Virus record (IMG/VR): IMGVR_UViG_3300037130_000236
Source of the DNA: a virus
Length of the DNA: 64,000 nt
Direction: 5' to 3' (one strand)
The notes under the pieces are model-generated. The model made no database searches, was not told where the DNA came from, and saw nothing but the letters and a program-made list of their open reading frames with translations. A program made the position numbers and the translations under genes. Every line of letters starts with the position of its first letter. The first letter of the stretch is position 1. Below, piece by piece: positions 28,461-35,964 of this stretch.

Positions 28461-29067
28461 AAAGCTCCAGGTGGCCGATTACGGCGTCTACATCGGCTTT
28501 GCAAACAGGCGTGGTGCAAATGGCAGTCAGGACACTCTCTTCCGTTCCATAGAACGGAGGATTGCTGTCGTGGAATGATTGGACCCGATAACGGCAGTTG
28601 CCTTCGATTCCGGCGGTTCCCGTCAAGGAGTCCTGAACGAGGGCTTCCCGAATCATCTTCAGTTCCCGGCTGTTTCGCACGCTGAGTACGATCGTCGTGA
28701 TTGGCTCAAGAATGGTTTCATCGCCGTTGTTAATGATCTCGCACCCACGCATGGCCGATACGACATGGGCGCACTGCGCCATCAGGCGGCCGGGCTCCAT
28801 GGAAATCGACCGCGGCGAACTGTCGGGCGGAGTGACCTGAACGGTTTTTGGAACGATCACATAGATCCGCTCTTCCGAGATCTCCTCAGCTTCAGTCCCT
28901 TCGTCCGCATTTGCAGGCGCTGGCACATCTATGTCCGTCACCTGATGCTCGAACACGTAGTTGCTCTCGTGGATCGTATCGACCGCTTGCACCAGCAACT
29001 GCCGGATTTCGCCCACATGCGGCTTCTCAACGGTCACCTTCAAGGTGACCTCGCTGAACTCTCTCAT
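28453..29067 (-). CDS. Peptidyl-tRNA hydrolase, type 2 (Pth2-like) with an N-terminal extension
   Basis: GRLMAQCAHV, IVLSVRNSREL, FHDS, LTAICTTP...VD..IGHLELY. Confidence 0.75.
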   Translation of the reverse strand: MREFSEVTLKVTVEKPHVGEIRQLLVQAVDTIHESNYVFEHQVTDIDVPAPANADEGTEAEEISEERIYVIVPKTVQVTPPDSSPRSISMEPGRLMAQCAHVVSAMRGCEIINNGDETILEPITTIVLSVRNSRELKMIREALVQDSLTGTAGIEGNCRYRVQSFHDSNPPFYGTEESVLTAICTTPVCKADVDAVIGHLELYA

Positions 29068-29142
29068 CGTTTCTCCGATACAACTGCATCCTATGGAATT
29101 GTTGGCTGGAATTGGATAGAGGAAAGCCCCTAAACGTACGAA

Positions 29143-29160
29143 GGGCGCCCGAAGGCGCCC
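29143..29160. repeat. GGGCGCC-GAA-GGCGCCC hairpin (UUCG loop on the minus strand), copy 1
   Basis: Identical 18-mer at 30089-30106. Confidence 0.7.
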
Positions 29161-29164
29161 CGGC

Positions 29165-29320
29165 TCACGACACATACCCTCGGTATCGAGGCTTGGTCGG
29201 TGCATTTTCTAAATCGGCCTTTGCCAGACGTCGATTCAACTTGGCATTGCGCCGCTTGTACGTCTTTCTGATCACTCGGCCCTTCACGGAAGAGTCGAGC
29301 TGTTCAATCTTCAGTTTCAT
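29165..29320 (-). CDS. Small basic protein (51 aa)
   Basis: Manual translation MKLKIEQLDSSVKGRVIRKTYKRRNAKLNRRLAKADLENAPTKPRYRGYVS; GAGG RBS. Confidence 0.6.
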   Translation of the reverse strand: MKLKIEQLDSSVKGRVIRKTYKRRNAKLNRRLAKADLENAPTKPRYRGYVS

Positions 29321-29338
29321 CGCCGCCTCGCACCTTCG

Positions 29339-29962
29339 TCAGACACTGACGGGGACCAGCTTGTGGCGAACCGCGTACATGACGAGTTGAACTTTGTTGT
29401 GGCACCCGATCTTCTCCATCAAGGTCGACTTATGCACTTCCACGGTCTTTGCGCTCAAACCGAGGAGGATGGAGATTTCCTTGACGCTGTTTCCCTCGGC
29501 GAGCATCTTTAGAACCTCATTCTGTCGAGGAGACAGCCGATGGAAGCCGGCAGAGTGTTCATGTCCGGTAAATCTGGGCAGAATGGAAAAGTGGGAATCG
29601 CCGCGATAGATCTTGGCAATCACTTTCTGCAGCTCATCGAAACCACACGTCTTCGTCAGGTAGGCCGAGGCTCCAGCTTCGACTGCATTGAGGATATGCT
29701 CTTCTTCGGTTGATCCGGTAAGAAACATCACTTTCAGTGGAAAGTGAGAAGACTTGGCCCATCGAGCCGCTTCAAATGGATCGGCGCCTGGGATATTCAC
29801 ATCGAGGATGAGAATATCGACCTTCTGGTCGACAGCATGTTCTGCTGCCTCGCGCGCATCTCCATGATCCCCGATGATTCGGATCGTGGAAGTCTGTTCC
29901 ATGATCTTGCACAGAATTTCACGGACCAGAACATGGTCGTCCGCCATTACACATCGAATCAT
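29339..29962 (-). CDS. Orphan NarL/LuxR-family response regulator
   Basis: ADDH, ILILDVNIPG, FLTG, YLTK; LSPRQNEVLKMLAEG.SVKEIS..LGLS.KTVEVH. Confidence 0.93.
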   Translation of the reverse strand: MIRCVMADDHVLVREILCKIMEQTSTIRIIGDHGDAREAAEHAVDQKVDILILDVNIPGADPFEAARWAKSSHFPLKVMFLTGSTEEEHILNAVEAGASAYLTKTCGFDELQKVIAKIYRGDSHFSILPRFTGHEHSAGFHRLSPRQNEVLKMLAEGNSVKEISILLGLSAKTVEVHKSTLMEKIGCHNKVQLVMYAVRHKLVPVSV

Positions 29963-30088
29963 TGGCCTTTTTCCTCTCAGCTAATATCAGGCCGGAAGAT
30001 GGCCGTATTGAGGATAGGGGAAAGCCCCTATGAATCTTTTGTGACATGGAATACATGATGTTTCTGTATAATGCGCGTCCGGCCTGCT

Positions 30089-30355
30089 GGGCGCCCGAAG
30101 GCGCCCTTCTGTTGCCAGGCCAAGCAGACTTGGCCCCGTCTAGTCTTTCGGACTAGACAGCAGCAAGAACGCCCAGGGTGTTCTCCGCGGCCGTGGCCGG
30201 TTCGAAGACCTCAAACGTCATGCTGGCGACATACCCAGTGTTGGCATATATGCGTCTGTGTGTCCTTCTGCCGATCCAAAGATCGACACGGCAGCCACAC
30301 CACCCGGCTCGTCATCTCTATCCGTCACTGATTCCGTCGAAACCGTGACGGGCCC
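30089..30355 (-). ncRNA. ssrA: tmRNA coding piece (permuted gene); 3' limit approximate
   Basis: 5' GGGCCCGTCACGGTTTCGACGG, pseudoknot CTGCC/TGTC/GGCAG/GACA, resume context CATATAT-GCC, tag ANTGYVASMTFEVFEPATAAENTLGVLAAV* (30245-30153), stop inside the GTCTAGTC-CGAAA-GACTAGAC hairpin. Confidence 0.85.
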
Positions 30356-30421
30356 ACCAAAGCCCTCTCTGACTTACATTCCCCCGAAGTTCGGTGAACT
30401 TCAGCTAAAGCATGAGGGCTT

Positions 30422-30490
30422 TGGTGGACCCGGAGGGAATCGAACCCTCGTCCGAAATCGTGAAGACGATCTGTCTTCTCACGAGCGTTA
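30422..30490 (-). ncRNA. ssrA: tmRNA acceptor piece (permuted gene); 5' limit unknown
   Basis: ...GGACGAGGGTTCGATTCCCTCCGGGTCCACCA; pairs with GGGCCCG at 30355 to give a 7-bp stem with G3-U70; GCTCGT pairs with ACGAGC of the coding piece. Confidence 0.88.
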
Positions 30491-30890
30491 TACTCCCCAT
30501 TCCTGGGGAAACTTGATGCGGGAGACTCTCGCCAGTGAGCCTTTAATCAACTTTGGAGCCGGTTCTTTCCGGAATCTCCACGGCCTGACCCGCATCTGTG
30601 GGCACAGTGTCAACGTTTTTATCGTGGTGTGCGTCACCCACCTGGTGCCTTGTTCCGTGCCCAATTTGCTTTGGGTGCAGCCAAAGCCTCGTCCGCTGTG
30701 TGTCGAAGGTACTTCCGTCTGGGCTACTTTGCGTTTCGAACTGAATCTACTTTGCGTTTGGCCTACTCTTGGTTTCCCGTGCACCGGTCAGCCACGAAGT
30801 CCTTGCAGTCAACGCCTTTCAGCTCCTGCTCTGACTTCGCCGGCGGGAATATCAACCCGTCGCCCGCTACCCATCCGCACCCAAACTCGA

Positions 30891-31103
30891 TTACTCCGTG
30901 TATTTGCGACCGTCGATCGAAACAGAAAGGCCATCGTTCGATGCGCCTTTCACTATTTCCAACGCGAGTCGGGAATCGTCGGTATAGGCTAAGCCTTGAG
31001 GATCGGAATCTTGAACATTCTTCCGAACCCAGGCGGCCCCTTCTTCGCTTCGGCCTTGAATGGAGTAAATCCCAGTACCTGCAACTTCAATGTCGAAATC
31101 CAT
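30891..31103 (-). CDS. Small hypothetical protein
   Basis: MDFDIEVAGTGIYSIQGRSEEGAAWV...EIVKGASNDGLSV, protein-like; GGAG RBS. Confidence 0.65.
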   Translation of the reverse strand: MDFDIEVAGTGIYSIQGRSEEGAAWVRKNVQDSDPQGLAYTDDSRLALEIVKGASNDGLSVSIDGRKYTE

Positions 31104-31143
31104 CGTCTTCTCCTGATCCAACCAATTGAGCGATTTCAAATGC

Positions 31144-31467
31144 TTAGTAAAACGTTGGAGGCGGCTCCGGCGGAGGCGCCACATAGCCAACCACCTCAGG
31201 CCCCATCGCCTGCGGAGCGCCCGGAGATGCCACAGGGGGTCCTGGATCTGGTACTGTGATTGCCGCTGCCAACCGGGCCAAGCAGTTTTCAGCCAGGTTG
31301 TCTTCCACCAGTTCCTCCCGCGAAGGAGGAAGCGCAGAAGTGGGCAGTCCTGGGGCGTAGGCGTCCATGGCCAGGTTGAGAAGACCCTGATGGGTCTGCT
31401 GCTGGAAGAACTCCCATTCGAGGTCTGTGAATACGACTTGTTTACCCATGATTTCTCCAGTGTTCAA
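31144..31467 (-). CDS. Hypothetical protein with a Pro-rich tail
   Basis: Tiles. Confidence 0.45.
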   Translation of the reverse strand: MNTGEIMGKQVVFTDLEWEFFQQQTHQGLLNLAMDAYAPGLPTSALPPSREELVEDNLAENCLARLAAAITVPDPGPPVASPGAPQAMGPEVVGYVAPPPEPPPTFY

Positions 31468-31528
31468 TACAGCAGAGTCTCGCCGGCTACCAAAAGCACC
31501 ACCGTCATAGTTGGCAGAAGTTTCGGGT

Positions 31529-31864
31529 TCATTGGACCTTACAGCCTTGCAGCTTCAGGTAGTCACGAATCTCTTGTTCACGGGCCTTGGGGACGTGAAC
31601 AGCCAGAATCGCAACATCCCGCGTTCTCTTCCACCGATTGAATGCCAGCGAGAAATCAATCGCTTCGCCGTCCTTTTCGCTTATCAGAACGCCACACTGA
31701 TCGAGATCGTACTTTGTCTCTGGCTCAAGAATCCAGATGTCGTCCGTTGCTTCCGGCGGCGGGTTCTGATCGTGGAATTCGATTTGGCTGTCGTCGTGGT
31801 AGTAGCCCTCCGGCCAATGATGGTCGTAGAACTCCATGATCTCTGCGCCGAGTGCTTTAGCCAT
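31529..31864 (-). CDS. Hypothetical protein
   Basis: TAATG coupling. Confidence 0.6.
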   Translation of the reverse strand: MAKALGAEIMEFYDHHWPEGYYHDDSQIEFHDQNPPPEATDDIWILEPETKYDLDQCGVLISEKDGEAIDFSLAFNRWKRTRDVAILAVHVPKAREQEIRDYLKLQGCKVQ

Positions 31865-32445
31865 TAGGCCGCAACCTGTTCCGTCTGCTTTTGAGAGCAC
31901 TTTGCAGCCCTTGATGTGCTTTTGAGAGCCTTCAGCATCGGACGGGTGATCTTGAATCGCCGTTTCGGTGTGCGGTCATATCGAGTGAATCGCTCCACCT
32001 TATCGACCCACACATGATCCTCTGTCGCTCCCCGCGGTTCTACGGCGATGAAGTGGTCTGGCGTGATACTGGTGCAGGTCACTCGATGTCCGTCCCAGAT
32101 GAACTGGCGGCCGACAAACATACGCTCACCCTCGAGGATGAAGGGCTTCCGACCGGCCCATTCTTCGTATGCCTGGCAGGCGGAGATGTTGCGAACGTCC
32201 ACCGCGGCGCTGTAAAACCGCTCGTGTTCACAGCCAAACCAATAACCGCCCCGAAAGTCGTCCATGAGTTTCTTGAAGTCGCACTTCATAAATCTCATAC
32301 CGCTGGTGATCGCAAGCACGACTGCCGAGTGCATGGAATGGTTTAGGCGTTGCCACGCATGTCCGGGTGTGGCCTCCTGATTCCTGTTCCAAACGTGCTT
32401 GCACAGCACGTAAGCAGGGCTCTTGTATTTGGTGGGACGAAGCAT
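31864..32445 (-). CDS. Hypothetical protein
   Basis: GGAG RBS; 193 aa. Confidence 0.6.
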   Translation of the reverse strand: MLRPTKYKSPAYVLCKHVWNRNQEATPGHAWQRLNHSMHSAVVLAITSGMRFMKCDFKKLMDDFRGGYWFGCEHERFYSAAVDVRNISACQAYEEWAGRKPFILEGERMFVGRQFIWDGHRVTCTSITPDHFIAVEPRGATEDHVWVDKVERFTRYDRTPKRRFKITRPMLKALKSTSRAAKCSQKQTEQVAA

Positions 32446-32519
32446 GGGTCTCCTTGTCTGGCTACAACCAGATTGAACTGTGAGCTTGCAAATTGGGATA
32501 AGGGAAACTGCTTAGGTCT

Positions 32520-32662
32520 TGGGGGAGATGGCAGGATTTGAACCTGCAATTCCCGGGTCAGCTGCATTGCCCCGCAGCGTTACCGCTCTCGGTCACCATG
32601 CGTGACCCAGGAAACCGGCGCAAGACCGGCGGGCTATCCGATACCACTGCCAATCATCTCCC
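32520..32662 (-). ncRNA. 143-nt tRNA-like RNA with a His-type G-1:C73 acceptor and greatly expanded core
   Basis: GGGAGATG/CATCTCCC 8-bp stem + CCA; GCAGG-TTCAAAT-CCTGC T arm; AGTGGTA D-like loop; ~66-nt extra multibranch closed by TTCCTGGGTCA/TGACCCGGGAA. Confidence 0.75.
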
Positions 32663-32666
32663 ACAT

Positions 32667-33011
32667 CTATTCTGGCAGCTCTTGATCGATCAGCTCTGCC
32701 AGCTCGATGTTCCGGGCGCTCGCCGCGCGCAGAAATGCTTTCGATGCGTCTTCCATCTCTAATGCGGCATCGTATTCCGCATCGCCAGAGTCGCCTTCCT
32801 TGGCCACATCGAACCTCTTGATGGCCTTGATCAGGCTTTTCGCTTCGTCTAGCATGGAGGCTTCCTCATCATCTGAAGGGTGTGGCGGAACAAATACATG
32901 GCCACAGTTTTGGCACGCTTGGCCGGCCACGGCCTCAAGAGGGATTTCCAGTCCACAGTCTGGGCAAACACCATCTTGATAACTGCGAATGATCGAAATG
33001 CTTTCCGACAT
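32667..33011 (-). CDS. Hypothetical protein with a double CxxC zinc ribbon
   Basis: CPDCG...CQNCG. Confidence 0.5.
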   Translation of the reverse strand: MSESISIIRSYQDGVCPDCGLEIPLEAVAGQACQNCGHVFVPPHPSDDEEASMLDEAKSLIKAIKRFDVAKEGDSGDAEYDAALEMEDASKAFLRAASARNIELAELIDQELPE

Positions 33012-33019
33012 ATGTGCTC

Positions 33020-33661
33020 CTACTGGGGATCCCAGCCGATCTGTTCGATCACATCGGTATCGTGATGCTCGTAACCGCGAAGCTCTGCCTGGCCGACCGT
33101 CACCGGGTCTTGTATGCCCATCGTGATTCGTTGGCACAGCCTGTGGGTCAAGACGATTCCGACAGCCACGCTCAGATTGAAGCAGTGGTAGGCCGGGATC
33201 TTGATGAACCGATGGCAGAGCGCGCGGTAGACCTGTGGAATGGAACCATCCTCGGGTCCGAAGAGGTAAACTCCCCGGTCGGGATGGATGAAGTCGTTCA
33301 GTGGTTCTGCGTTCTCTACGACCTCGATCGCCACCGGTGTAATCCCCGGTTCGAACAGGTCGAGAGGCTTATCGCTGGTGCCCCATTGAACATCGGCATA
33401 CCCGCGCATGCGTTCTTCCCGCGGCAGCCTGTCATAGTCATGGGGATTGACCCGCTTTCCTGTCCACAGCAGATTGTCGATTCCCGTGCAGGAACAGGTG
33501 CGCAGGACACCACCAACATTGCGGACGTATTTCGGGTTCACCAGAACGACGCCGCTGCCTTGCAGCGGCAGCCGGGCGCCGTGCTGTAGGCAACGCCTGA
33601 GTACCTTCTTGCTTTCAAACAGACATCCGCATTTCTCAGCTCTCAGTGCGTCAGTTGCCAT
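33020..33661 (-). CDS. SpoU/TrmH-family RNA 2'-O-methyltransferase
   Basis: NPKYVRNVGGVLRT, LFGPEDGSI, CFNLSVAVGIVL (SPOUT knot). Confidence 0.88.
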   Translation of the reverse strand: MATDALRAEKCGCLFESKKVLRRCLQHGARLPLQGSGVVLVNPKYVRNVGGVLRTCSCTGIDNLLWTGKRVNPHDYDRLPREERMRGYADVQWGTSDKPLDLFEPGITPVAIEVVENAEPLNDFIHPDRGVYLFGPEDGSIPQVYRALCHRFIKIPAYHCFNLSVAVGIVLTHRLCQRITMGIQDPVTVGQAELRGYEHHDTDVIEQIGWDPQ

Positions 33662-33667
33662 GATTCC

Positions 33668-34108
33668 TCAGTATTGTGCGAGTGTGATTGCCGTGACATT
33701 GAACCGGCGTTTGGCCTTGTCGTAGATGTCGTCCAGATCGAGATCGATGCGTTCGCCGGCGCTGTTGAAGGCCGTTGCATGCCCGTTGATGTAGCGCAGC
33801 TTTTCACTGCCTATTTGCTCAAAGACAACGATCTGATCGTCCTGAATCAGTTCTGCCAGCTCGGCTACAAGATCGACTTCATCATTGTCCTCGTCTGCAC
33901 CGAAATCGACCGTCGGCCAACCGCCGCTGTCGTTGACAGCGTCATCCGGCGCAACTCCAAACAGCTTTCTGGGATCTTTGCCGTCGGCCGGTTTCTCTTC
34001 CATTTCTTCCCAAACCTCCAGGCCGCGCTTGGCTGCCCACGCGCGGAAAGCAGCCTCATCCTTTACCGCAAAGTAGTTGCTGCGTGCACTGCCGTACCAG
34101 TTTGCCAT
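33668..34108 (-). CDS. Conserved mobile-element hypothetical
   Basis: MANWYGSARSNYFAVKD...G.EKLRYING.A. Confidence 0.7.
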   Translation of the reverse strand: MANWYGSARSNYFAVKDEAAFRAWAAKRGLEVWEEMEEKPADGKDPRKLFGVAPDDAVNDSGGWPTVDFGADEDNDEVDLVAELAELIQDDQIVVFEQIGSEKLRYINGHATAFNSAGERIDLDLDDIYDKAKRRFNVTAITLAQY

Positions 34109-34182
34109 GTGGTTCTCTCCTAGTCGCGGTACCGTTTCATCCGGTCCACCACTTGTTCGCGCGTTTCACCTTGCGGCTGTAT

Positions 34183-34686
34183 TCACGCCGCAGTTTGTTC
34201 CAGCGCCACCACTCCAGAAATGCCTTGATCATTGCGCTCCCAACTCTTGTTCGCCATCAGGTCAAGCCAGTACATCCGCTCGGCCATCAGAATCCGGCCC
34301 AGCCAGTTCGTGCCTTGGCCATTGCAGACACCGTAGAAATAGTCATGCCAGGTGTTGCCCTCAACAAGATCGTGAGGGAAGGTATTCACCAGCTGAATGC
34401 GAATGTCCTTGTTCTGGGCGAACTTGGCATGAACCACCTCGGACATGACGATCAGACTGATCTCTTTCCAGTCCGGCCGCGTGAGATGCTTCAGCTCCTT
34501 CGAAAGCTTCTTGGCGCCTTTGCCATCCGTGCTCTCGTACTTGAGCCTGTATTCCTCGTCCCGCGGCAACAATTTGGCTGCCTGATACGCACTCTCGCTG
34601 TTTTGGTACAGGTGGCCGCTATGCCAGAGCGGCGCCTCATGGAAGTTCGACAACCAACGATATTCGCCCATGAATGAATCGATCAT
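34183..34686 (-). CDS. NADAR (YbiA-like) family protein
   Basis: WLSNF, SESAYQAAK, KFAQN, LVEGNTWHDYFYG..NGQGTNWLGRILM. Confidence 0.92.
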   Translation of the reverse strand: MIDSFMGEYRWLSNFHEAPLWHSGHLYQNSESAYQAAKLLPRDEEYRLKYESTDGKGAKKLSKELKHLTRPDWKEISLIVMSEVVHAKFAQNKDIRIQLVNTFPHDLVEGNTWHDYFYGVCNGQGTNWLGRILMAERMYWLDLMANKSWERNDQGISGVVALEQTAA

Positions 34687-34814
34687 CTTCAACCTTTCCG
34701 TCCCTGTGTCCCGATAGGAGCATCGCCAAACGTTCCCGTCAGAAACACAGGGCACGGGCGGTGAGACCGGATCGTTGGCGCGACCGGTACGCAGTCTCTT
34801 TCCGCAGCTTGAGG

Positions 34815-35057
34815 CTACCGAGGTTTAACCTCAGTGCCCGTCCAAACGTGTGTTGCGGGTTCGGGCTTCATGGTCTTGGGTAGCTGCCGGCCTTCCCAGT
34901 GAACTTCGCTGGGCTCAAAGGTTCGGCTGTATTCACACGCTGTTTCCGCGTCCTCGTCACCTTCGAGGGCTTTCTTGAAAGCCTCTTCGATGGTCTCGGC
35001 TTCCACTTCCTTGGTGGCCCAGTGAAGCTCGGGTACTTCGATCTCAAACCTTGCCAT
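34815..35057 (-). CDS. Small hypothetical protein
   Basis: MARFEIEVPE...VEAET.EEA. Confidence 0.6.
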   Translation of the reverse strand: MARFEIEVPELHWATKEVEAETIEEAFKKALEGDEDAETACEYSRTFEPSEVHWEGRQLPKTMKPEPATHVWTGTEVKPR

Positions 35058-35177
35058 CGGTTCCTCCGTTGCAGGGTACTTCGTAGGCTTCGTGAAGGTC
35101 GTCGGCCATCATCAGGAAGCGGCGCGCGCCTTCGCGCAAGCAGGCTTCATCCAACAGGATGGGATACCAAAGTCATT

Positions 35178-35510
35178 TCACTTCACTCGCACCATCGTCG
35201 TTGTAGCGAGGGTGTCGTAGACGGTGTCCAGCATCTGTTTGGCTAAGGCTCGTCCATCCGGATCGGCCATCAGAGCCACAAACTCCGGACTCTCGTTCCA
35301 CAGGCTGAAGACCAGCGCTTTGAGGCCGGCGATGTCGCCACGGTCAATGAACTCCGAGCACCGCTCGCAGGCAGCCCAGACACGCGTGTAGTTGTGAGCG
35401 GGGCCGACTTCCGGCCCGGACTCCACAAACATGCGAACCAAGATGTCTTGGCCCGCGTCATAATGTCGTGTGGCTAAGCGCTGACTGCAGAAATCACAAT
35501 TGTCTGGCAT
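35178..35510 (-). CDS. Hypothetical protein with CxxC pairs
   Basis: CDFCS...WAACERCS. Confidence 0.6.
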   Translation of the reverse strand: MPDNCDFCSQRLATRHYDAGQDILVRMFVESGPEVGPAHNYTRVWAACERCSEFIDRGDIAGLKALVFSLWNESPEFVALMADPDGRALAKQMLDTVYDTLATTTMVRVK

Positions 35511-35525
35511 CGTGCTCCTTCAAAT

Positions 35526-35615
35526 TGGCAGGGGCGACAGGATTTGAACCTGCAGTGAACTTGCGTTCCGTGGCTTTGGAGACCACTGTGCCGAACCGGA
35601 TTGCACATCACCCCT
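35526..35615 (-). tRNA. tRNA-Trp(CCA) with an atypical long variable arm, CCA encoded
   Basis: AGGGGTG/CGCCCCT, GTGC/GCAC D stem, GTGGT-CTCCAAA-GCCAC, GAAC-GCAA-GTTC variable hairpin, G73-CCA. Confidence 0.88.
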
Positions 35616-35964
35616 GTGCTGTCCACTCGTTGAGACACTGACGGCAGTTGTATTGTGCCGCGGTCTCGGTGGTCCGCATATCATTCTTGGTTGTCCGAAT
35701 GGTTATCTCGACTGAATCTACATTCCAGCTGAGGCATTTCGGACACTCCACATGTGTTGGTAACGGTCGAAGCATCGAGCCGCCAGGAAACTCCTTGCGC
35801 GCCTCGATCTCTTCAACCACACTCTTGACTTCTGCTTCGGTGAAGGGACGCCCCTTCACCCGAGCGGCCAGAACATCGTTCACTTTGAGCCAGAACGGGG
35901 CATCCCATCGTCCGTGGGAACTGAAGCTCACCCAGCTCATGGGAATCTCGCCTATTTGTGACAT
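35608..35964 (-). CDS. Hypothetical protein with a C-terminal zinc ribbon
   Basis: CPKC...CRQC.NEW. Confidence 0.55.
   Translation of the reverse strand: MSQIGEIPMSWVSFSSHGRWDAPFWLKVNDVLAARVKGRPFTEAEVKSVVEEIEARKEFPGGSMLRPLPTHVECPKCLSWNVDSVEITIRTTKNDMRTTETAAQYNCRQCLNEWTAQG

Noticed and set aside
30422-30460. tmRNA 3' end as an integration (att) site duplication
   Set aside because: The matching 5' half lies 66 nt downstream with a pairing intervening segment and a tag frame, and there is no integrase nearby. This fits a permuted gene better.
30915-30960. Long hairpin that first looked like the start of the large ncRNA
   Set aside because: It lies inside the protein-like ORF 30891-31103, so the ncRNA candidate was limited to below 30890.
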